DNA of 64,000 bases from SAR202 cluster bacterium (GTDB lineage: Bacteria; Chloroflexota; Dehalococcoidia; Lucifugimonadales; UBA1123), in contig JASMDM010000003.1 of assembly GCA_030752795.1 (NCBI GenBank), positions 10,832 to 74,831 of the forward strand, written 5' to 3'. Made by a program: the position numbers and the translations under genes. Below are positions 1-9,800 of the stretch, piece after piece. Under the pieces are notes generated by a model. That model did not search any database. It had not been told where the DNA came from and worked only from the letters and a program-made list of their open reading frames with translations. Each line of letters starts with the position of its first letter. Within the stretch, counting starts at the first letter, position 1.

Positions 1-2
1 TT

Positions 3-359
3 GCTCGCGAGGACCAGGAAAAAAAGATCGAATGGACGAAGCTCGGTTTTCGATTCTTCGACGCTCCCGCGGCGATCATCCTTTATATCGACGAGTCGAT
101 GCGAGACGTGTCGCAATTCGACATCGGCACGATCACGCAAACGATCGCCCTCGCTGCGATGCACTACGGTCTGGGAACTTGCATCCAGGGCCAGGGGCTC
201 ATGTATCCGGAAGTTATACGAAAGCACACTGGCATCCCTGAGACCAAACGGCTCAGCATCAACCTGGCCATCGGCTATCCCGACTGGGACTTCCCAGCCA
301 ACAAAGTGCAGAGCGAACGCGAGCCTCTCGAGATCGCCACGACGTGGTTCGGCGTATAG
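3..359 (+). CDS. Nitroreductase family protein (5'-truncated at window edge)
   Basis: Frame open from nt 3: AREDQEKKIEWTKLGFRFFDAPAAIILY...DIGTITQTIALAAMHYGLGTC...LAIGYPD, the typical nitroreductase C-terminal motifs. Confidence 0.85.
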   Translation, partial: AREDQEKKIEWTKLGFRFFDAPAAIILYIDESMRDVSQFDIGTITQTIALAAMHYGLGTCIQGQGLMYPEVIRKHTGIPETKRLSINLAIGYPDWDFPANKVQSEREPLEIATTWFGV

Positions 360-403
360 GCGCATCCAGGAAGCCGCTGCCTCGATACACCGGGTAGGAT
401 CTG

Positions 404-880
404 ATGGAAAAGTACGCTTTCGCCAGGGTTGTGCACATTATCGCCATCGTGCTTTGGATCGGCGGAGTCGCGATGGTGACTACCGTGCTGCTCCCGGCGA
501 TTCGGCGCATGGCCTCGAAGGACGACCGGGTCGCGATCTTCGACAAGATCGAATCTCGATTCGCCCTGCAGGCGAAGATCACGACGGTCCTGACCGGCGC
601 CTCCGGCTTCTATATGCTGTACTACATCGACGCGTGGAGCCGATACGCCGAACTCAGGTACTGGTGGATGCACGCGATGACCATCGTCTGGGTCATCTTC
701 ACGCTCGTGCTGTTCGTGTTCGAGCCGTTGTTCCTACATCGCCTGTTCGAGAAGCACGCCGGAATCAACCCGACGAGGACGTTTGCCATCGTGTTCCGGC
801 TGCACCTGGTGCTGCTGGCGCTGAGCCTCGTGGCAATCGCGGGAGCGGTCGCCGGCAGCCACGGATGGCTGCTGTTCTAG
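404..880 (+). CDS. Hypothetical 4-TM membrane protein (CopD/DUF2269-like)
   Basis: 158 aa with four hydrophobic segments and His residues in helices (VHIIAIVLWIGG, WWMHAM, RLHLVL); AGGA RBS. Confidence 0.7.
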   Translation: MEKYAFARVVHIIAIVLWIGGVAMVTTVLLPAIRRMASKDDRVAIFDKIESRFALQAKITTVLTGASGFYMLYYIDAWSRYAELRYWWMHAMTIVWVIFTLVLFVFEPLFLHRLFEKHAGINPTRTFAIVFRLHLVLLALSLVAIAGAVAGSHGWLLF

Positions 881-937
881 CGGAGAGAACCGCCGACTGA
901 GTTCAGGCGGAAACGACATCGCGGATGTCCGATGCCC

Positions 938-2488
938 TTAAATGAGGTCGCGTGCTTCGGCTGGATCTCGGAGGATTCGAGGCACTTTGCGATGCCCCTG
1001 TTCGCCGGTTCGAGCTTGGAGCCACAGCTGAAACTTTCGAGGCTCGACAAGCGCAACTCGGCAAGAGCCGATCTGCGGTTGAATTCTGGAGAAATACTCG
1101 TAATTCTTGCTGTGTACGCACAGGCGTTCATCGAGCCTGGCGGCGATCGACTCCAGTGGAGTATCGGACCACGTCGAGTCGTCTTCGATCACCCAGACGT
1201 AATTTGGCTTTTCTCCGCTCGTGTCGACGGTCACGAAGAACTCAACGGATGACGCGCCCAATTCTTCGGAAACATCAAGCAGCGTCTTTTCCACCGCCTC
1301 CACCGAGGTCTTCTCGGCGACAACGTCCAGCGTCAACACTGTACGGCCGGCGATCTGGAACCTTGGCGCCGCGCCGACCGACGTGCATCGAAGAACGTCT
1401 CCGACAACGTAGCTGAACGCCCCACTCCCAGTGGTGATCAACAGGGTGTACGGCGCGCCGGCCTCCAACCGGTCCACCCCGACCCTGCGGCTGTAGTCTC
1501 CCGCCAAATAGTCAACGTGCAGGATGAATTTGAAGAGGGTCTCGCCCGCGAACAACTCCAGGCACGTCGGATCGTCCACGGGTTCGTGGCCCAGCACTCC
1601 CTCGCTGGCCATGTAGAGATTGATGTACTCAGGATCTTTTACGAGCGATGTTTCGATCTTGCTTCTGTAGGGAAGATGACTCAGCCCTGAAGACACGATT
1701 AGCTCCAAATTAGAAGCAAAGCACCGATATCTCTCCGGCGACAAGACCGTTGTCGTTCGCTCAAGAAACGACACGATCGAAGAAGGTATTCCAGCGATGA
1801 ATCCGATGGTTTTGCCATCGGATTCTTGTGCCATTCGGGTCAGCTTCTCGTCCCAATATTCAATATTGAGCGGGGCCATTGACGGGACGCCTCGAGCGCG
1901 CAAAACCGGATAAGTGATCTCGATCCCAATTCCCGAAATCAGGCCACACGGGATCCCAGCCGCCGTCTTCGTCACGCGTGATCGTCCGGTGATCCCCAGG
2001 CCTGCCTTGAACAACAGACCGGATTCGGGGTGTCGGATCAGATAGATCGACAATGCGTGCACGAGCTGTCGACGGCTGTTCTTGGTGAACGATTCAGTGA
2101 CGGGCACGAGTTTCCTGGCGCCGGTCGTTCCCGCCGTCATCGCGAAATGTGTGACGGTTTCATCGGTGAATACCTGATGTTCGCCACGTTCCGCCCGTTC
2201 CCAATACGGCTTCAGGTCTTCAAAATGCAGAACGGGCTTGGCATCGACATAATCGACCATCGTCCCGACGCGATCCAAGCCATAGTCGGACGCGAATCTT
2301 GACCCCTGAGCGTGTTTCAGTATCCGCATCAGCGCCCGTTCCTGCGCCAAGAATGGGTCGGATTTCTGCCGTGCGTACCGGACGAACATATGATTGAGAA
2401 CACGGAACATAGACTGCATATAGCGCCGCCTCAGTACGGGGAACTGCGGTAAAAGAGCGACCATGAACGGAAGCGCGCTCACGATCAC
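938..2488 (-). CDS. GH3 family acyl-adenylate/amido synthetase
   Basis: GH3 motifs MTAGTTG..K.VP, YMASEG, YVVGD, IAGR and C-terminal HRKVPR; start codon uncertain. Confidence 0.8.
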   Translation of the reverse strand: MIVSALPFMVALLPQFPVLRRRYMQSMFRVLNHMFVRYARQKSDPFLAQERALMRILKHAQGSRFASDYGLDRVGTMVDYVDAKPVLHFEDLKPYWERAERGEHQVFTDETVTHFAMTAGTTGARKLVPVTESFTKNSRRQLVHALSIYLIRHPESGLLFKAGLGITGRSRVTKTAAGIPCGLISGIGIEITYPVLRARGVPSMAPLNIEYWDEKLTRMAQESDGKTIGFIAGIPSSIVSFLERTTTVLSPERYRCFASNLELIVSSGLSHLPYRSKIETSLVKDPEYINLYMASEGVLGHEPVDDPTCLELFAGETLFKFILHVDYLAGDYSRRVGVDRLEAGAPYTLLITTGSGAFSYVVGDVLRCTSVGAAPRFQIAGRTVLTLDVVAEKTSVEAVEKTLLDVSEELGASSVEFFVTVDTSGEKPNYVWVIEDDSTWSDTPLESIAARLDERLCVHSKNYEYFSRIQPQIGSCRVALVEPRKFQLWLQARTGEQGHRKVPRILRDPAEARDLI

Positions 2489-3025
2489 GGAGTCGACCGC
2501 CCGATCGTGGGGGCGCCAACCAATCTTGCCGCGATGATTGACGACGCCGACGGATCACGAACGGACCCCATGAATCCGGGCGCCTGGAGCTAATTCGCGG
2601 AAAGCAGCAGCATCCGAAATTGCGCGGCGGGAATCGCCGCGTCGATACAAGCCTGCCAACGAGAATTGCTACCCGCGAATGGGCGACAAACATCCCAACA
2701 GAATTTGACCGTGATGATATCGATGCAAGGCGCCAACGTCAACGCAATATTGGACTGAATCTCGTGGCGTAAGACGTGATGTGCGGCGAGATCGGCTCAG
2801 TCACTGGGCGCCCGAGGATCGATGCCCGCGCCGCAGCTCGCGAAGAGATTTCGAGCGCCTGAAATAATCGGGTGCGGGGATTCGCCGCACGGTGACACGC
2901 CACGCATTCTGTGATAGCTTTGCAGCCGTCACGGGTTCGATCTTTGGGCGTGCGCCGAATCGAACCTCGCGGCCTGATTCGGGCTCGCACACCATGAAGA
3001 ATTCAACAACCCAGGGAGGTTGACT

Positions 3026-4717
3026 ATGGCGGAAACTATTCAGACCGATGTGTTGGTCGTCGGCGGCGGTGGGGCGGCAGCCCGCGCGGCAGCCGAGGCC
3101 AACAGAGCTGGCGCATCGGTGGTTCTAGCGACTAAGGGACGATTCGGCGCGACAGGCGTTCGCGGCGGGGGCGCCACGGGCATATCGATTTCCGAGGCGA
3201 CCGGCTCCCATGGACTGGGCCGTGTCGGCATGCGCGGCTGGACGGCTGAACAGGTCTTCGACGACGTCATCCAAGTCGGCCTCGGTATGGCCGACCGCAA
3301 GATGGTTCAGATACTTATCGAAGACACCATCGATTCGAGAAATGCGCTCGACGAATGGGGCATCGTGCACCCCGGCGGCCAGGGCATGGGCGCCCGCCAG
3401 CACGGCGTGCCGATCATGGACGTGCTGCACAGGGTCATCCGGCAGAGCGATGTTCGGATACTCGAGCAGTGCCTCGTGACTGACCTCGTAATCAACGATG
3501 GCGAATGCGTTGGCGCGGTCGGCGTGGGCGACGACGGAACCCAATACATCTTCCAAACCAAGGCCGTGGTTCTCGGCACCGGCGGCAACGGTCAGCTCTT
3601 CCGATTCAACATGAACCCGACCGATGTAACCGGCGACGGGTATTCGATGGCCTACAACGCGGGCGCCGACCTGATGAACATGGAGTTCATGCAGATTTTC
3701 CTGGGCACCGTCTATCCGACGACCAACCTCGTCCATAGCTGGGCATGGAGGCGCGGCGAACGGATGACCAACACTCTAGGCGAGGAATTTGCCGCGAACT
3801 ACATTCCCGAAGGCGGAACTCTGGCGCAGGCCCAAACCGAGCACGGAAGGCACAACCCATTCTCCGCGCGCGACCAGTACTCGCGGTACCTCGACATCGG
3901 CATGGTCAATGAGGTCGTCGAAGGTCGCGCTAGCGAACACGGCGCGCTCAACATGTATCTGTCGGACCCGGAGGCGATCCCGGCCGAGCTCAGGGATTGG
4001 TACAACTACCGAGGCATACGCTGGGAGGACGGCCCGCTGCAGGTCGCGATCTGCCACCACTGCTCCAACGGCGGTCTGGTCATCGACGAGAACGCACAGA
4101 GTACGCTCCCTCGGCTTTATGCCGCGGGCGAACAGGCCACGGGCCCCCACGGCGGCGACCGGCTGGGTGGCCACATGCTCACCGCCTCGCAGGTGTTTGG
4201 CGCCAGGGCTGGCAAGCACGCGGCCCGGGTGGCCAAGGGTGCCGCGCCGACGTTCGACTTCGAGGGCGCTCAGGACTCGATCGTGGCGATCGAGGCGTTC
4301 GCAAACAGCAGCGGCGACGAGTCGCCGGCCGCGCTGAAGTCGGAGCTCCAGCACAGCGCTTGGGCGAATTTGCTGGTGGCACGGTCACCCGAGACCTTGA
4401 GCCAGGTGCTGGCGGACATCGGATCGATTCGAGAACGGCTGGCGAACGTCTCGATCAGTAAGCCAACCGACGTCGTACAGGCCCTTGAGGTTCGAAGCCT
4501 GCTGACCGTCGGCGAGATGGTCGCCACCGTTGCGATGAATCGCACCGAGAGTCGCGCAGGCCATTATCGCGTTGACTACCCCGAGCAGAACGACACCGAC
4601 TGGTTGAAGACGATCAAGGTCCGGCGCGCGGGCAGCAAGATGGAACTTGAGTCATTCGCCATCGATCCGGACTGGACATCGCGTGAAGGCGACATGGGAG
4701 AGATGGGCTGGGGCTAG
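3026..4717 (+). CDS. FAD-dependent oxidoreductase, SdhA/FrdA/NadB flavoprotein family
   Basis: GGGGAA dinucleotide fold, LGTGG, TGDGY, HHCSNGG, LYAAGE, HGGDRLGG, RTESRAGHYRVDYP; GGAGG RBS before ATG 3026. Confidence 0.88.
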   Translation: MAETIQTDVLVVGGGGAAARAAAEANRAGASVVLATKGRFGATGVRGGGATGISISEATGSHGLGRVGMRGWTAEQVFDDVIQVGLGMADRKMVQILIEDTIDSRNALDEWGIVHPGGQGMGARQHGVPIMDVLHRVIRQSDVRILEQCLVTDLVINDGECVGAVGVGDDGTQYIFQTKAVVLGTGGNGQLFRFNMNPTDVTGDGYSMAYNAGADLMNMEFMQIFLGTVYPTTNLVHSWAWRRGERMTNTLGEEFAANYIPEGGTLAQAQTEHGRHNPFSARDQYSRYLDIGMVNEVVEGRASEHGALNMYLSDPEAIPAELRDWYNYRGIRWEDGPLQVAICHHCSNGGLVIDENAQSTLPRLYAAGEQATGPHGGDRLGGHMLTASQVFGARAGKHAARVAKGAAPTFDFEGAQDSIVAIEAFANSSGDESPAALKSELQHSAWANLLVARSPETLSQVLADIGSIRERLANVSISKPTDVVQALEVRSLLTVGEMVATVAMNRTESRAGHYRVDYPEQNDTDWLKTIKVRRAGSKMELESFAIDPDWTSREGDMGEMGWG

Positions 4718-4738
4718 GATAGCCACTGTGCTTCGATT

Positions 4739-4773
4739 CCCGGGGCGGCGCACTCGACCCGCGCCGCCCTGGG
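4739..4773 (+). terminator. GC-rich stem-loop downstream of the flavoprotein gene
   Basis: cccggggcggcgc / gcgccgccctggg 13-bp stem (one G-U); no clear U tract. Confidence 0.45.
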
Positions 4774-5012
4774 TGAATGTATGCGGTTTCCGACCGACGG
4801 TTGTTAGATTACAAGACACGTGGCTTGCCACAGCGCCACCCGCCAGGCGACCTCGGATATCGTCGGTCTGATTCCTCCATCGAATTTGCTGAAGTTGCGT
4901 CACAAACGGGACAGGCCAACACCGCGGATTGTCGTCAGCGGAACGCATCAAGCTCATAGATCGAGTTGAACCTTGTCGATCCGGATCTGTCCCACCCGCC
5001 CACCCGCGAAAG

Positions 5013-5060
5013 TTCTGTGGGGACACCCCACACCCCGGCAGGGCTTCGCCCTTGCATCCC
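5013..5060. repeat. REP-like double-hairpin element
   Basis: tgtggggacaccccaca followed by cagggcttcgcccttg; degenerate relative near 38974-38998 (tttctcggggacaccacac). Confidence 0.5.
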
Positions 5061-5311
5061 GATTCAATCCGATTGATGCCGACAGTTGTCCAATCTGATC
5101 ATTCTGTCGTCGGATTGAATCAGCAAGGTTGCGTAGACCTTCACCACAAATGCGGTGAAGTCGTTGACCCATAGCAGGGTAAATGTTTCGACTGATAACG
5201 CGAGTCAGGCAGAATTCTTGCGTGCGGGAACATCGTGTCCTTCGCGGGGCGTAGGGCGCCACAAGTGCGAGTGGGATTGGTTTGGAACGCTCGCGGATTG
5301 AGGGAAAACGT

Positions 5312-6508
5312 ATGCCACTAGGATTCGGAATAATTGGCGCCGGGCAGCGGTGTATGTACTTCTTTGGACCTGACATCCAGCGCAATGCCGACCGCGCGAA
5401 GTTGGTCGCGCTGGCCGAACCTGACCAGGGACGCCGCAGCAGCGCGATCGACGACCTTGGCGGCGACATCCGCGCGTACGGCGACATCGAAGAACTGCTC
5501 GGAGACCCGAAGGTCGATGCGGTCATTATCGCGTCCCCGGACTTCACCCACCAAGAGCTGCTCGACAAGGCGCTGGACGCGGGCAAGCATGTGATCTGCG
5601 AGAAGCCGATGGCGACCACGTTGGACGACGCCCGCCACATGGCGCGTCGAGCGCAGGCAGCGCCCCAGGTCGTGCAGATCGGTTTCATGCTGCGTTACGC
5701 GCCCATGTTCGTGCGCATCAAAGAGATCGTCGATTCCGGGATCATCGGTGACTTGGTCCAGGTCAGCGCCGCCGAGATTATCGAGTACTATCACGGGGCA
5801 TCGTTCTACCGGCGGTGGCAGCGATTTCGGAAGAACAGCGGCGGTCTTCTGGTGCACAAGGCATGCCACGCATTCGACGTCGTCAACTGGATCGTGGGCT
5901 CGGCGCCGACTCAGGTTAGCGCCACCGGCAACAATGACACGTTCGTAGCAAAACCCGACGCCGCCTCGCGTTGCCGGGACTGCTCACTTGCTCCAACCTG
6001 TCCGGCGGTCTACCGGGACGATGCGTACAACTACGTCTACCCGACCGTCGCGGAGCGCGCCAATCCGGGCGAGCTCGGGAACGACATATGCGCGTTCAAT
6101 TCGGAAAAGGACATCATCGACAACGCCACGGGCATGGCTTCTTACGAGAACGGGGTTCGGTTGTCGTTCAACTTCGCGACGACCGGCCAGCGCCACGATC
6201 GGCGGTTCATGTTCGTCGGGCAGCGAGGCGTCGTGACGGCGAGTCAAGCCGACGGGACCCTCGTCGTAGAGCCGGTCGGCGGAGAGATCGAGACCACGGT
6301 GTTGCCGGAGGAGCTCCGCGACGAACACGGCGGCGGCGACGAATACTTGCTGCAGTCATTCCTCGACTCGGTCGCCGGCGGAGAGCCGCCCGCCGCCGAC
6401 GTTGTCGCGGGAATGCACAGCCTCGCGCTTGCTTTGGGCGCAACGGAGTCGATCGATCGTGACGGAGCGGCGGTTGATCTGCGTCCGCATCTCGAAGGTC
6501 TGTCGTAG
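5312..6508 (+). CDS. Gfo/Idh/MocA family oxidoreductase
   Basis: GIIGAG, ASPDFTH, CEKPMA, GGLLVHKACHAFD, HGGGD. Confidence 0.9.
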   Translation: MPLGFGIIGAGQRCMYFFGPDIQRNADRAKLVALAEPDQGRRSSAIDDLGGDIRAYGDIEELLGDPKVDAVIIASPDFTHQELLDKALDAGKHVICEKPMATTLDDARHMARRAQAAPQVVQIGFMLRYAPMFVRIKEIVDSGIIGDLVQVSAAEIIEYYHGASFYRRWQRFRKNSGGLLVHKACHAFDVVNWIVGSAPTQVSATGNNDTFVAKPDAASRCRDCSLAPTCPAVYRDDAYNYVYPTVAERANPGELGNDICAFNSEKDIIDNATGMASYENGVRLSFNFATTGQRHDRRFMFVGQRGVVTASQADGTLVVEPVGGEIETTVLPEELRDEHGGGDEYLLQSFLDSVAGGEPPAADVVAGMHSLALALGATESIDRDGAAVDLRPHLEGLS

Positions 6509-6586
6509 ACGCCAGCGCAATCGTCGAAATAAAAACGCGGAGATCGCGCCATGCGATCCCCGCGCCGTCCAGCGTCCTGAGTGCTG

Positions 6587-7402
6587 TTACCTGTTATGGA
6601 AGACCGGCGGCCGCTTTTCCAACCACGCGCGCCGGGATTCCTGCGAATCTTCCGAGTTGCGCATCTTGGCCGTGGTTCCCTCCCAAAGGTACTCCCACGC
6701 CGTCCGCGGATGGTCCAACGGAAGATCTAGGCTGCGAAGCGCTACTTCTTTGGATGTCTGCACGCCGATTGGCGGGTTGGCGGTCAGCAAGCGAGCGTAC
6801 GCCTCGGCGGTCTCCATCAACTTGGCGTGCGGAACGACTTCATTGACGTAGCCGACGCTGTGCATGTACTGCGCGGACATGTACTGGCCGCTGAGCAGCA
6901 TCCACATCGCCACCTTATATGGGACCTGTCTGGGTAGACGGAATATGCCGCCGCCACCTGGCAACCCGCCAGCGTGCCGTATCTCCGGAACGCCGAACTG
7001 GGCGTGTTCTGAGGCGATCACGATGTCGCAGTGAAGCGTCATCTCCATGCCGCCGCCGACCGCGAATCCGTTGACCGCCGCAATCATCGGCTTCCAGATT
7101 TCGGTCGGCAGAGCGCCCGCCGGGCCGATTCGGTTGATGTCCGACTGGTAGTTCGACTCCCAGGGCGGGGATTCGTCGGGATTCTCAGTCCTCCACTTCA
7201 GGTCCGCGCCGGCGCAAAACGCCTGGTCGCCCGTTCCGGTCAAAATGACAACCCAGCTATCGTTGTCGTTCCGGAAATCGTTCAACGCGTTCCAAGTCTC
7301 TATCTGGGTGGGCGGATCGATGGCGTTTCGACGCTCCGGGCGGTTGAACGTTAGATAGGCGATGTGGTCTCGTTTTTCGTAGATGATGTTTTCGTACGCC
7401 AT
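6587..7402 (-). CDS. Enoyl-CoA hydratase/isomerase (crotonase) family, paralog 1
   Basis: FCAGADLK, KPMIAAVNGFAVGGGME, FGVPE; GGAGG RBS. Confidence 0.93.
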   Translation of the reverse strand: MAYENIIYEKRDHIAYLTFNRPERRNAIDPPTQIETWNALNDFRNDNDSWVVILTGTGDQAFCAGADLKWRTENPDESPPWESNYQSDINRIGPAGALPTEIWKPMIAAVNGFAVGGGMEMTLHCDIVIASEHAQFGVPEIRHAGGLPGGGGIFRLPRQVPYKVAMWMLLSGQYMSAQYMHSVGYVNEVVPHAKLMETAEAYARLLTANPPIGVQTSKEVALRSLDLPLDHPRTAWEYLWEGTTAKMRNSEDSQESRRAWLEKRPPVFHNR

Positions 7403-7499
7403 ATTGCCTCCTGCGCGGTTCGGGTTGCTCTATGATGTCGCGAGTGTTGCAGTCGTGGGCCGGATTCCCGTTGAACTCACTGTGAGACCCTCGACGCGA

Positions 7500-8315
7500 T
7501 TAACGGTTGTGGAACACTGGGGGCCGCTTTTCAAGCCATGCGCGCCGGGATTCTTGGGCGTCTTCCGAGTTCCGCATCTTGGCGGTGGTTCCTTCCCAGA
7601 GGTACTCCCACGCCGTTCGGGGGTGGTCCAAGGGCAGGTCCAGGCTGCGAAGGGCGACTTCTTTGGATGTCTGCACACCGATGGGCGGATTCGCCGTCAA
7701 CAAACGGGCGTATGATTCCGCTGTCTCCATCAGCTTCTCGTGCGGCACGACTTCGTTGACGTACCCGACGTTGTGCATGTACTCGGCTGACAAGTATTGG
7801 CCGCTCAACAGCATCCACATGGCGATTTTGTAGGGCACTTGTCTGGGCAAACGGAAAATGCCTCCGCCTCCGGGCAAACCTCCCACGTTCCGGACCTCCG
7901 GTACGCCGAATTGTGCGTGCTCAGACGCAATTACGATGTCGCAATGGAGGGTCATCTCCATCCCGCCGCCGGCGGCGTAGCCGTTGACCGCCGCGATCAT
8001 CGGTTTCCAGATTTCGGTCGGCAACGTGCCGGCAAGCCCAATCCTCTCGGGGTCCGACTGATAGTTGTGTCCCCAGTTGGGTGACTCGCCCGGATGCTCG
8101 TTCCCCCACTTCAGGTCATGGCCGGCCGAGAACGCGCGGTCTCCGGTGCCCGTCATGATTACGACCCAACTATCGTTGTCATTTTTGAAATCGATCAGCG
8201 CATCCCAGAGCTCGATTTGCGTAGGCGGGCTGATGGCGTTTAGGCGCTCGGGCCGATTGATGGTGATGTAGGCGATGTGTTGTCTCTTTTCGTAGATAAT
8301 GTTCTCGTACGCCAT
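7500..8315 (-). CDS. Enoyl-CoA hydratase/isomerase family, paralog 2
   Basis: FSAGHDLK, KPMIAAVNGYAAGGGME, FGVPE; near-identical to paralog 1. Confidence 0.93.
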   Translation of the reverse strand: MAYENIIYEKRQHIAYITINRPERLNAISPPTQIELWDALIDFKNDNDSWVVIMTGTGDRAFSAGHDLKWGNEHPGESPNWGHNYQSDPERIGLAGTLPTEIWKPMIAAVNGYAAGGGMEMTLHCDIVIASEHAQFGVPEVRNVGGLPGGGGIFRLPRQVPYKIAMWMLLSGQYLSAEYMHNVGYVNEVVPHEKLMETAESYARLLTANPPIGVQTSKEVALRSLDLPLDHPRTAWEYLWEGTTAKMRNSEDAQESRRAWLEKRPPVFHNR

Positions 8316-8789
8316 ATTGCCTCCTGGTGAGTGCGCGGTTTGGGTTGTTCGTGGCTCCGTCGTGACATCGAGTTAAACGCCGTTCAGATTATCGTGTTCT
8401 CGCGTCGATCTGGGTACCCGCAGGTCGGGGAGAAGCCCTCTACATTCGCGAGTTCATCCGTCCGGGGGCCACCGGCCTCGAGATTCTCCAAGCACGTCGT
8501 CGTCGCCGTCGCGGAGAAACGGCGCACCACATGTCAGTTGACGCGGAACGCTTCGGTAGGGCGCCCTCCGTCTTGAGGGACTGGCCTTCGACTGATGCTC
8601 TTCATCTGCGTAGAGGAGTTTGCGCTCTAGTCGACTCGCCCGATCTCGCGCGGTTATTTCGGACCCCGACAGCGCAAGCGCCTGTTACGTAATCGACCGA
8701 ATAAACCGTGCTCGACCCTTCTCGCGACGGCGTACCTTCAACAAAGGGAGAGGCATCCGGAGTCGCTTAGTCAAAGGTTCATGTTCTCC

Positions 8790-8834
8790 GACCAGATTCT
8801 TCGTCCTTCCGGGCTCGGAAGGATCTGAATGACA
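8790..8834. repeat. Interspersed palindromic repeat (GACCAGATTCTT...GAATGACA family), copy A
   Basis: gaccagattcttcgtccttccgggctcggaaggatctgaatgaca; matches 38154-38193. Confidence 0.7.
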
Positions 8835-8918
8835 AGAATTGTTCGACGCCAATAATCTCGTTGTTCGTCACCACGTGCGACGGCGGAATCCTCACCAAGA
8901 ATCCGATCCGAGGCGCGG

Positions 8919-9735
8919 CTATCTGTTATGGAACACGGGCGGTCGTTTCTCGAGCCAGGCTCGACCTTGATTCTTGCGCATCTTCCGAGTTCCGCATCTT
9001 GGCGGTGGTTCCTTCCCAGAGATACTCCCATGCCGTCCGAGGATGGTCCAACGGCAAATCCAGGCTGCGCAGGGCAACTTCCTTCGAGGTCTGCACACCG
9101 ATCGGCGGGTTCGCGGTCAACAGTCGTGCGTACGACTCCGCCGTTTCCATCAGTTTCTCGTGCGGCGCTGCCTCGTTTACGTAACCGACGGTGTGCATGT
9201 ACTGCGCGGACATATACTGGCCGCTAAGCAGCATCCACATCGCAGCCTTGTATGGCAACTGCCTGGGCAATCGGAATATGCCTCCGCCCGACGGCAGCCC
9301 TCCGACGTTGCGCACTTCAGGAACGCCGAACTGGGCGTGCTCCGAAGCGATCACGATGTCGCAGTGGAGCGTCATTTCCATGCCGCCTCCCACCGCGTAG
9401 CCGTTGACCGCTGCGATCATCGGTTTCCAGATCTCCGTGGGCAGCGCGCCCGCAGTTCCGACACGCTCGGGGTCCGATTGGTAGTTCGGCCCCCATGGCG
9501 GCGTCTCGTCGGGATGCTCGGACCTCCACTTCAGGTCGTTGCCAGCCGAAAATACGTGGTCTCCTGCCCCGGTCAGGATGATGACCCAGCTATCGCTGTC
9601 GTTGCGGAAATCAATTAATGCGTCCCACAGCTCGATCTGGGTCGGCGGGCTAATCGCATTGCGGTGTTCGGGACGGTCGATCGTAATGTACGCGATGTGG
9701 TCTTTCTTTTCGTAGATGATGTTTTCATACGCCAA
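8919..9735 (-). CDS. Enoyl-CoA hydratase/isomerase family, paralog 3, with a +1 frameshift near the C-terminus
   Basis: TTG start with GGAGG RBS. Removing one base near 8964 restores the C-terminus SRRAWLEKRPPVFHNR* shared with paralogs 1 and 2 (stop 8919-8921); as written it ends at 8926. Confidence 0.88.
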
Positions 9736-9800
9736 GTTACCTCCGGTCGCCTACACTGTCAAAACGGGGTCGGCGGTGCTCTGAATTGTGGATGGTTGTA

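Noticed and set aside
1-900. 299-aa ORF in frame 1
   Set aside because: Arg/Ser-rich shadow ORF overlapping the nitroreductase and membrane-protein genes in other frames
8570-8630. GAGGGACTGGCC resembles the SAM-I riboswitch core
   Set aside because: There is no ATC..GAG 5' strand, GCAACC or GTGC-AA-TCC element, and it is on the wrong strand for the flanking genes; more likely a degenerate GTAG palindrome
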